A DNA stretch of 64,000 nucleotides from Camelus dromedarius (lineage: Eukaryota), in assembly GCF_036321535.1 (NCBI RefSeq), contig NC_087447.1:35094001-35158000 (forward strand). The letters are read 5' to 3'. Below, piece after piece: positions 14,001 through 26,000 of this stretch; position 1 is the stretch's first letter; each line of letters starts with the position of its first letter. Position numbers and translations under genes: made by a program. The notes under the pieces are model-generated. The model searched no databases, was not told where the DNA came from, and saw nothing but the letters and a program-made list of their open reading frames with translations.

Positions 14001-17000
14001 ATGTACATTTGGATTGCATCTTTTTGCTATTGTGAGTAGTGCTGCCATGAACATTTATGTACAAGTATCTGTTTGGACACCTCTTTTCAGTTCTTTTAAG
14101 TATGTGCCCAGAAGTGGAATTGCTAGGTCATATGACAATTCTGTGTTTAAGTTATTGATGAACTTACAGTATCCTTTTGGAGATCTTTATTAACAACACA
14201 TAGAGATCTGAATAGCTCTGTGTATTTCTTTGAACAGCTTCATAATATTCCATCATATGGATATCTGTCTCCCATTGGTAGACATTTAGGGTTTTTTTTT
14301 TTTTTTTATATTTTTGTGATTACAAATAATGCTGCAGAGAACATTGTAATATGAAAATCTTTGTGTACTTCTCTACCTAATAGGAGAAAGTAGAATTACT
14401 GGGTCAAAAGGTATGTGTTTTTAAAATATATGTTAAATTATACCAATTTATACTCTCCCAACAGTATATGAGGGTTTTTGTTTTCTTTCTCCTGATTATT
14501 TTATTTTACATTAAACATAGCTAATGGAATAATTACCCTATGATATTATTTTGATAATATCATTTCCTGGCTGAAGACACTATTATGTTGATCTCTTATC
14601 CCATAATAATAATAATAGATAACAATTTTTTCAGGGAATGAGTAATATATGCTAGATAACTTACATATATTCACACTCCATTACTTCTCTACTTTATTTT
14701 ATAGATGGCGTAGAGAGATTGTGGCTTTGGTCACACAGTAAGTGGCTGGGCTGGTGTTTCAAACCTGTTTGTAACCAATTTCTAATGATTCACTCCAGAA
14801 ATAGTCTACGCATATACAAGCATAAATCTTTCTGTATATGGGCATGTGTATGTGTGTACCTGGGGAAAAAAGTGTTCGATAGTTGCAAATTAAAAAATAA
14901 GTTGTTGTTGACATATGGAGCAAAGTAAATAGCCACTGGTTCTTAAAACATGGGTTATAGATTGATCACTTGTGTGAGAATCATCAAAGTGCTTTTTAAA
15001 CTTGCGGAAGCCTGGTGTCCACTCCAGGTCTGTGGAGAGATTAAAGGGTTGTGAGTAGGACTCGCACTTTTTTCTTGCACTTTTGAAATCATTTTAGACA
15101 TCTGCTACTCTGTTTACTTGTGAGTCAGCCTTGAGAGTGAGGGCATTTCAGTCATTCAAAGTTGAGGAAGCTAAAGGGAGAAAAGAAAAGAGAAATGATC
15201 CTGGCAGCATAGGTTAGGACCAAATTGTAGAGTCGTAAGTTCAACTGTTCACTGATGTTTAATAATATGGAGAAGCTACCTAATCCAGTTTTCTCAACTT
15301 TATGAGGGTGTGAGACTAAGTTTCTAAATATAGCATAGTGTGTAACAACACAGAAGCCAAACTGCCTAGGCTTGAATTCTGGCTCTGCTACTTACTAGCT
15401 TTATGACTTTGAGCAAGTTACTTAACTTCTCTGTGCCTCATATTACTCGTCTGTAAAATGGGGATGATATTAACCCCGTAGTGTGTTGTGGATTAGATTA
15501 AATGAGTAAATACATGTCAAGCTCTTAGAGCAGTACCTGACACATAGAAGTGGTATGGAAGTGTTTGCTGTTTATCTTTCAGTTCTAAAGTCTTCCAGTT
15601 CTTGAGGTTTTAACTCATCACCAGGCATCTACTCTGAACACTAGAACGTAAGAATTATTTAAGAGGACTCACAAAGAGCCATAATTAAAATCTGGGACTT
15701 CAGTTTTCGAATCTACCCCTACAGTTGTGTTAGATTATGAGCTAGAATTGGATAATACATTTCCCAGGGACACATTGCATAAGTGTTTCCTTCTGAAACT
15801 TGTTTAGAAAAACGGCCTTAGAGGCTTAATTAAGAGTATACACCCTGGAATCTATTCAGTCTCCCTGGGATGCTAATAATCATTTATACATGTTGAGTAA
15901 ACTTAAAACATTCTAGTTACTTTATTATTTTTTTTGTTGTTTCTGATGCTGATACTATCTGGCCACTGTTTTAGCATGTACTTACTGTAAAATACACTGT
16001 GTAATAGAAAGTAATGTAGCTGTAAAATAGCACATACGTGCTTGAGAACCAGAGGAGTGAACTCTTGAGAACAGCTTTTTCTAAGTAATAACAGTTGTTT
16101 ACATTCAAGTCATGTTAGAAGAACCTAAAACCAAGACACTGGGCTTCAGTATAAGAAAAAGTCAGTAAAAAATGAGTCAATACATTTTACCTTGATTTGA
16201 AGATTTTCAAGTAACTTTTTTCCTCTTTGGAGTAGAATCCTTAGTAAATAGAACAGAAACAAACAGCTCTATGCTGCTTGAAGTGGTCAAAGTAAATAAA
16301 CAGCCTGAAGCTGTGCCTGCTAGCCTTCTTTCTGTCCACTTACTCCCACTCCTCCCACATAGCCTTGGAGTCACTTTCAAGGAACTCTAGGACTCCTAAA
16401 CTCACAGTTTAAAAATCAGTGATGTAATTGATTATAGGTGTATTCTGCCTATAGCATATTATTTATTTTCCCTAAGAAAATGGTGAATTACATAAAAACC
16501 TAATTCCTTGTTTGTAGACTCTGGATCCTGTAATTTATTTTATTTTGTTTGCTCTCTTTCCTCTCTGGGGATGTGTTCTTGCTTTTAATCTTCCGGAGGC
16601 AAACCTCAGGAACTTTGTATATTTCCTATGGAGATAAGATTGATCTGGAGGCAGCTGTGCCTTAAAGCTCTCTAATTGTAGAGATGAAAAACCTGACTAT
16701 CATGAACAAGAACTTGCTTTAAACATTTATCTTGAGCTCAGACTGTTTCTTTTTATTCATTAGATTTGTCTGCCTCTGCTCATTCCAAGGTGGTGATCTT
16801 CACAGTCAACTCCTTGGGTAGTTCTCAGTCCTACCTTGATGTGGTGCAGAGCAATGTGGATATGTTCAGAGCCCTTGTCCCAGCTCTGGGACATTATAGT
16901 CAACACAGTGTCCTGCTTGTTGCATCTCAACCAGGTACAAGGTTTTATTTTAAATTAATTTGATGGTCCAGTGCATCATTAGAATTGCTATTTCTTTAAA

Positions 17001-20000
17001 AGTCATAAAACTAGATTATAAAGGGACAGCTAAAGTATTCAGTTAAATTGCTCTTATAATGAACAATGCAGTATTTTCCATATCCTGTCAACCAGTTACT
17101 TCTCCTGACTAGCATTAACTAGAAGGTTACAAGTTACAATTTTTTGTGTAATATTATTATTGCATTCCAGGTTTTTAGTTATGCCTTTCTCAGTGTGAAA
17201 ATGGTTAAACACCCGAGAGAGATGCAATGGCTTATAGGAAAGATCTTTTATTACTCTGAAGTGTCAGAATGTTAGTGAGCATGCCAGAGTGCATTGTTAA
17301 CATTTTGTATTTTACATTATTTTGAAATTGTTTTACTTAAAAAAGAAATTTTTCCAAAGAGCTAGGTGGTACTAGACTCAAATTGATGAACAGATTTTTT
17401 TAATGTTCCCAATATATATATGGAGTATAATACACATTTCACTTGTTTTTCTATAGTAATTAATTGAAGGTCCCTTTAATTCCTGACAGCCTTTTGGCAT
17501 TTAAAAAAAATAGTTGTAGTTTTATTGATAATGCTGTACTGCATGGTGGTGGTATATTAATCAGTATTTTAATTTAAAGAGAGAAATTCTTTAAGAATTA
17601 AGCATAAGATAAATATAAAAGAGAACTTGATCAATGAAAAAAATTATTTTTTGGTTTTATATACCCAGCTTTCATCCTTCTTGCTTAACTACTCTAGGAA
17701 GTTATCTATTTTCCACTCTTAAAAATGTATATTTAACAACAAGGTTATGTAAAATCACATTGAAACCTGGTTAGTGTTCTCAATATACATTAAAAATATG
17801 TTATGCTTCATAATGCATTTAGGACCTAAGAAGAGTATATACAAGTTCTAATATACTTGATGAAATAATAAATATTTCATTTAGGAACTAGGCTAGAAGT
17901 ATATTTCTTTAAATATTTACATTTTTACCTTGTATGCAATATTTAGTGGAAATCATGACCTATGTGACATGGAAACTGAGTGCATTTCCTGCAAATCGTG
18001 TGATTGGAATTGGATGCGATCTGGATTCACAGAGGTTACAGTATATCATTACAAATGTTTTGAAGGCACAGACTTCAGGCAAAGAAGTATGGGTTATTGG
18101 TGAGCAGGGAGAAGACAGAGGTAAGAAACATATTTTTATTAGTTACACTAGTAACCTGAATCACCAGTGGCCATGATATGCATGATTCTGGGGACTCCAG
18201 AATTGTGGAGCGTAGTTGGCTTTTGTTCCACATCTGAGTGCCTTTTGTGGAACAGATCTTGTATTGTGAAGAAATTCTACAGACATGTCATTCTAATTGT
18301 ACTTACTTTTCTATAAGTGAAAAGCAAGACCCTTTAGTTGGGTTTTATATTTTTATTTGTTTTTTAGCATTTTAAAATTGAATTTCAGCATCCAGGATCA
18401 ATTTAAAAGTTTAATTTTCTGGAAAGCAACATTAAAAAAACCCTAAAGCATATACAGAATTCTTTCCTTTACCCTCTTCACCCTGCAACCTTGCTTACCT
18501 TTCCTAAGTTCAGACTTTCTCCCTAGGTACATCCCTATTTTTTAAACAGAATTTTCACTCTTTTTTCACGCTTATGGCCTTTTTTTCACCAGTTACTTGC
18601 TCTATGCTCTGTAACAAAAAGCATTCACAAAATCTAGTTCCCTGAACTGGAAAGCTGCTTTTCCTATCCCAAAAGAATCCTTTCCTTATTTGATTCAAGA
18701 ATTTCTTTCTTTTCTCCTTTATTGTTTCCCTCATGCTATAGTCAGGTTGGTTGGGTGATAAAAGTGCTGTTTATCCTAAGTTTGTTCATTTTTACTCATT
18801 TAAACAAGTATATGAGTGTCTACTCTCTACTCACTACTCTATAAGACGTTAGTGTGATATAAAAGAGACACAGAGCATGGTCTCTTCTTTCATCATACTT
18901 AAAAATTACTTTAGAGCAGCAAGAAAAACATTTACAAGATATTCTGGCTAACAGTGAAAGAACAGGACACTATTTTACTAAGTGCTAAAATGAATATATT
19001 TTAAGCTTAACTGTTCTTAGACACTTATGAGCGAGCATTTAGCATAGGTTGAAATGACTGGAGAAAATTCTGTACAGGCCATCAATGAACTGGACTTTGG
19101 AAGAATGAATAGGATTTGAATAGATAGCAAAGAGTGTGAAAGACATTCCCGGAGTGGGAGATGAGGCAAAGACACATGGTTAAGTATGGCATGTTCATCG
19201 GATTAAAAATCCAGACTGGTTGTTGCAGAGTTTCAACCAGATAAGCTTGGATAAAATCACATTTTGGAGATCCTTGAATATCTGATTGAAGATTTAGAAA
19301 GTGATTCTTAGGCAGAGGAGGGCTATTAAAGGTATTTGAGCAGGTGAATGATATGTTGAAAAGGTAATTTGGGGGAAATTAATCATTGCTTCCTCATTTG
19401 AAGTAAATTGAGCCAGTAGGTGCTGTGGGGCAGAGCACAATGTAGAAGAGAACTTCTCTGCCTGTGAGGAACTGGTCATTACCTGGAGAATTGGAGAAAC
19501 ATTATGCACATTAAAAGTTAAAGGAATCCAATCATAGTGCCACAAAGCAAATCACCTTCTCAAAACTATCAGAATTTAAAGCTTCCTATATGCTTTGATG
19601 CCATTAAAACAAGCAAAATATTAACAGAGGTCATGTCTGGGTTAGGGGTGACTTTTAAAAATACGTACTTTTCTGTGTTTTCTAATGTCATTATGGATAT
19701 ATAGTATTCATATGATTTTTAGGAAAATTATTTTAATAAAATATAGTGGTATTTTAAATCTGTATAAATCTGCACTGGCTACCTAGAAAGTTCAGAGCTA
19801 GCAAGAGTCAGGCTATAGAATAAACCTTTACAAAACCTGACAGTGTGATTCAAGCAGAAATATTTTCAGGCTCAAAATACTCCCTGATACTAAACACTAA
19901 TCAATAGAACCAGGAAAGGGGAGCAAATAAGAAGTTGGAGCAGATGCGTTACGGTAACAAATGTCTGGGGATTCAAACAACCTCAGGACCCCAAATGTTA

Positions 20001-23000
20001 CTCACTACTACCATTTGAGTTCTGGTCCATGTTGATCTCCTGCTTGTATGATTATTGCAAATCTCCTAGTTAATTTGTTCTTTTCCCTCTAGTCTACCCT
20101 GTAAATGGTGCCAAATTAACAATGATAATAGCCAAAACTTAGTGTTTGCTGTATGTTTCACATACTGATTTAGTCTTCCTGAATCACATTCCTGTTTTCA
20201 AAACTTTCAGTCTTCCTCTGACCAAAAACTCTCACTGGCTTCCTCTAACCAAACCATTAAATTCCTTTGCTTGTCATTCAAGGAGACTCAAAATACAGTC
20301 CTAATCTTCCTCCCCAGTTATAGTGATGGAGGTAGTTATGTTATTAGAGAGCTGGAAGTGACCAAGGGATCATCAATTACATTTTGTTGTGACCTTCCCA
20401 AGAGCTTATAGCTTTTCAGGTCCTTTTAGAAGGACCCAGATCTCGTACCTGTTGGCCCTGCCCCCAGGTTTGCTTCAGCCATGAGGACCTTTGTCCATTG
20501 TATTTACCTTTCCCATAATCCCTTGTCCCCCTCTCTCAGCAAATTCAAATCTCATCCTTCCAGGTCTAGGTCAAGCCCCTCTTACTTACAGTATGATGCT
20601 TTTCCTGACCACATCATTCCACAGTGATTCTTTCATTTCTTTGAGCTAAAAGCTCTTGTTAGCTATATAGTAATTAATCATACATTGTCTCAAGATATTT
20701 ATTCTTTTGTTATACTGCTGTTTATTCTGATCCAATTTCAATTTTGTGTGTGTGCCTTCTTACTGAAAGTGTAAATTATTAAGCTGTTCTTTTAGTTGAA
20801 AAGTCATACATTTACATTGCAAAAGAATTAAATAGTACAAAAAGATATGTAGTGAAAAATGTCTCCCTTCTATGCAAGACGCCCAGTCCCTCTCTCTGGA
20901 AGCAATCACAGTTACCAGTTTCCTCTGCAGCCTTTCAGATATGTTTGGTGTATAGACAAGCACATGTATGAAATATAAATCATAACATAATTCTCCACCT
21001 TGTCCTTTTACTTATTAATATGACTTGGAAATGACTGCATAATAACATATATATAGATCCCATTCATTCTTTTTAACCACTGAATATACCAATATTTGTT
21101 TAATCAGTCCTCCTAATAAGATACAATTTTTGAATAATTAAGAACATTTTGAAATATGGTTGTATTAATATCTCAAATTGTAAAGAGAAAATAAGGGATG
21201 ATGTGACTTGATAAATAAACTTAAGGCACTGTGCTGACTGCTGTTAGAGCTATGTAGATGAATAAGAACCTGACCCTGTCTTTAGGAAACTTAGAGTCAA
21301 AGATAGGAGACAATTATAATAAAAGGCAGTTTTGACTTGCTATGAGAGAGCCAAGAGAAATAGGATAAAAGCACAAGGAATGGAGATCTCAAGTAGGAAC
21401 TAGAAATAGAGAGATTTAGATGCATGTGAATTGTGTTCACTTGAACATACTATTATGTAATATTTGACATATAAAAGAATACATATAACATATATGTATG
21501 TTTTAAAGCATAATAGTGGAACAGGCATTCATGAATCCACACTCAATTTAGAACATTACAAATACTATTGAAGCTACTCCCTCACCCAGCTCCCTGTCTC
21601 CCTTCTAGATACTGCTATCATGTCACTTTTTATCCTGTCTTCTGCTTTGTTTCAAAGATTGTTATATCTACGGGATAGGTTTTCTCACCTTGGCCTTGAA
21701 GCCAGAGCTGGATTAGAGGCTCCCTCTGCTGGTTTCGTGTGTAGACACCTGCTGGTTATATTTGCTGCATAAGTGACAACACAGTAATAGCAATTAGAAT
21801 TATTTTTTACTGAGTGCCTAGTTTGTGTATGAAATGCTTTGCATATCCATTTAAACTTTAAAAATGCCTCATGAGGGAGGTGGTGGTTTTCCAAGTCAGT
21901 AGATGAGGAAGCTTAAGACTCAATGAGGTTAACTGATTTGTCTAAGTTCACACATCTAGTAAGGGCAGACCTGAAATTTGAACCTTGGTCTGATCCAAAC
22001 CTGTGCCTTTCCTTGCTGTGACTTAATTAGATAATTTACTTAAGCATTTAGTACTCAGTAAGTGGTAGCTGTTGCTAAAGTGATCAATATGGCAAGATGG
22101 TGATGAATAGAAAATTGGCAAAGGGACATGGAAAAGTACACATTGAAATAAAGCAACATTAGGATTTAGAAACCGTTATAAGAATAGCAGATATGTAAGT
22201 AAACTTATTCTCTTCAGTTATTTCAGAGGCAAATGACAGTTGCAGCCTAGGGGAGGAATTACATGGCATACAAGACCCTTTAGGATCTGTTTCCTGCTTC
22301 CTTCCCCAGCTTTATCTTCTGCCATTCTGCCAAGCATTTTATGCTAGTCAGATGATCAACTTGCAGTTTCTTGAATGGTTCATGCACTCTCATGCCTCCT
22401 TGCCTTTGCACCTGATGCTTCCTTTCCCTGAACATTCATTCATTTGGCTAACTCCTGCTTACCCTTCAAGACTGAGCTTGAATGCCACCTCTCCCAGGAA
22501 GCCTTCCCTAATTCTCCAGGTTAAGTAAGTTCATGCCTCTGTTATAACCATTATCACACTGTGTTATGATTGGATATTTACTTCTCTCTTCACCTCACCA
22601 GACTGTAAACTCCCTGAGCTTGGAAAGGCCTCAGTAAATATGTTTTGAAATGAATGTATGATCTTGATACCATCTTGTGGTAACCAAAGGTCATTCATTT
22701 TCTGCCCTACCAAATTACTCAGTAGAACATATGCTTTGCAACTCCTGTTTTTAGCTGTGATACTGAAATTATATGTAAACTGCAAGTAACTCCTTCAAAT
22801 GGTGTTTTAGAAATCCAGGGGCTGGACCTCAAGACAGAGTGTTATATCATCTGCTTTGGGCATTAATCTTACCTAAGGGGTAGGTGTTATATAAAATGGA
22901 AAAGAGGTCATTTTTTTAATTAAAATTTTTGGAGCCAGAGGGTTACTGTTCTTAAGGCGTGGAACCAGAAAGATTAGGATTGATTAGATTAGATGCAATA

Positions 23001-26000
23001 TTTGAAAGGGATCCTTAAGTTAGGATAAATATACATTTAACTTAAAGTTTGAATGGTTGGGCAGTAAGTGAACAAAAAATGAAATAATTAAATTAGTTAT
23101 TAACTATTAACTAGTAGTTAACTGAAAATTCTAATGACTGTGTCAGAAGCAGATTTGAACATAGTGAAGTTCTCTTTCTCTCTCCAAACATTCTTTTCTC
23201 ATGGTGCTTAGAAGTCTGAACTCAGAGAGAAAAGATAAAAAAAATGTGGTTTTATGTGTAATATATAATGGCAGCAATACTTATAATTAAATTCCAGACT
23301 TTTTTGTGTTGTTTATCTTTTCCTATACCTACCTTGCTCTTTTTATTCATCTTTCCAAGATCTATAAATGCTGTATTTCATTTAGCAGACATTTCCCTGT
23401 AATTTTCTATTTGTTGTGAATATACTAATAATGTAACAAAATTTTTTAAGAAAACAATTCATGTATAATCCTTCTATTCAAGTGAAACATTTTTTTAAAA
23501 AAATCCCTTAATTTGTCCACATGTATTTATATATTTATGTAACAATTTTTTGTTTTGCTTTTTTTTTTTTTACTTAACAAAAAAACTTCTTGATGTTTTT
23601 CAACTTAACTGTTGCAAGCATGTTTCCTTTTTGGTAAATGTGGTTATGGATTATGTGTGAGGTCAGCTCTGTACTATCTCCTGTGCATTCTTTACCATGG
23701 TAAAGAATCTGTTTGAGGACATAAAAGAAAAACATGTGATCCCTACCCGCCGGAAGCTTATAATCAGTTTGAGGAAGGGAAGGTGTCCTTTGTTGCTGAC
23801 ACATCACTAAATGGCCTAGTTTTGAATGCAGTTTGGAAGACTTGTTTCTTAAACATAAAACAGTCTTACATATCTGAATGTATTTTTGTTTTGCCTACTT
23901 CAATAAAGATTTGTATCAAAGAATGTCTTCACATGGGTGAGAAACAAATGAATATCAGAAAGGTTTCAAAAATGTTACTTCTAATTTAATATTAAAATGT
24001 GGTATAAATATCCAGTTTATGTGTATAGTTTTTGAATTGTTTTTATAAAAGGTGTAGTGAGGAAATGGAAAACCCAAATATGCTCTTAGAACACTGGACT
24101 CTGCCTCTCTAACAGCTGTGGAAATCTAGCCCCAAATAAGTGACAAAATTATTCCTCATCTGGTGAAAGAAATTAGTCTGTGTGGTTCCCAATCGAGCAA
24201 ATGCCAAGTGCTTGCAGCACGTGGGAGCCTATTATACATTGCCTGCTGAGAAAAGGAAACTTTCTACTTGGGCAGTAAAATGGCCCAATGTTGTTGATGA
24301 GACAGAACAGGTAAGGAATTGCAAGTAGATTTGGAGGGTCATGTTTTTGGGGAACTGCAGCTCAAAGTCTTTCTCACCCCCAGCAATCAGTACAGCACAT
24401 TCAGTGCCACCAGTGGACAAATATAACTGAAGCTAGATGCAAGGGAACATGTTTATTTAAAGTTTAATACAGGTACCCTTAAATGCAGATGATCATTTAT
24501 CACATTTTAATCCCTAGAGAGTTACTGACAAAAATATAATCAATTTTCATTTAATTTTTAGTGCCCACATGGGGTGGCCAAGAAGAAGTAATGAGTCATA
24601 ACTCTCAGGTACAGCTGTCCAACAGGTAATGCTGAGTGTAGATTTGCATTTATCCAACTAAAAGCCATGTTCTTCAAAGCTAACATAACAGCTCTTTGTA
24701 CAGCATGTACTTACCAGGCTTCTGCAAACAAAACTAACTAGTATGGACAAATCCAAAGTACAAGGGAGCAGTGTTTTCTTTGATTTCATATCCGGAAGTA
24801 GATGTAAGAGTGCTTTGCAAACTTAATATTTAGATACCCAGTTGACTCTTAAAGGGTAGAATAGGTTCCTTATTTGTAGGCAGTGATTTACTGCTCCTAT
24901 ATCTAGGAATAGGATCCTATATCTGAGTATATTGGATATTTTCTTAAATATAGAGGAGAATTTGTCCATAACACTTAAAAATTAATATGTGTTTATTAAT
25001 CACACATAAATACATTTGGAAATTAGTCGAATATGAATTGATAAGCCACATTAAAAGTTCAGGCAAAAACACAGTAGAAGACACAGATCTTTGTATCATT
25101 TGTTTATTCAGAAGCCTTCCAGGGGTCTGGGCCCCATAGGTCGGACTTCACATACTGTATATTTTCATGCCATTTGTTGTTTTACTGTCACAAAATAACA
25201 TCCTTCCCTGAATTCTGAGTGGTGATTTTTAGCTTTTTAAACCTTCACTTTATGGTTTTTAGAAAATAACAACTGGAAAGAATATTGTCTTACTGTGAAG
25301 AGTAGTATGTTGTATAATCCATTCTAATCTGCTTCTCTACATGATCCTGCATTTATAGCTTTTAAAAGGAAGGAATTCAAACATGTTTGTTTAATTTATA
25401 TCATTTTTTATTAGTTACAAAAAGAATGTATTTGCTTATAAAACTTTAGATGCTACAGATAACTATAAAGTAGAAAGTGAAAAGCAGGGGTAATTCTATT
25501 CTCCAAAAATAACGACAATTAACAGTTTAGGGTCCACATGTCCAAATATTTTTTCCATGCTTCTGCAAACATTATCACCATAATTATTATCTTTTAATAA
25601 TGAATTTATATTATTTATATTATCTTGCCAATTGCTTTGTTTCCTTAAGAATAAATCTTAGGGGGAGGGTATAGCTCAAGTGGTAGAGAGCATGCTTAGC
25701 ATGCATGAGGTCCTGGGTTCAATCCCCAGTACCTCCTCTAAAAATAAAGAAAGAAAGAAACCTAATTACCTCCCCCCAAAAAACTCCCCCCCCAAAAATC
25801 TTAGACACTTTTCCATATTGTTTGTATAAATCTACTTTATATTCTTCTCAAGAACTATATGGCCCTACATTTGGTAGTGATTTATTTAACAAGTCCTCTT
25901 TTGATGAATTGTTTCCAAAATTTTTCCTGTCTCAAACAAGGCAAACACATGTTTATATATATCTTTGCATATTTGAGCATACTGCTGTAGGACAAATTCC

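Noticed and set aside
24606..24614. Internal donor CAG|GTACAG in UEVLD exon 10
   Set aside because: Use would remove 17 nt and shift the frame; the downstream CAG|GTAATG keeps the frame.
25662..25735. tRNA-Ala(AGC)-like sequence (also at 9360-9436, 38941, 55749, 58313, 60110)
   Set aside because: A-rich tails, shared non-tRNA 3' unit, TSDs and imperfect acceptor stems mark these as SINEs, not tRNA genes.
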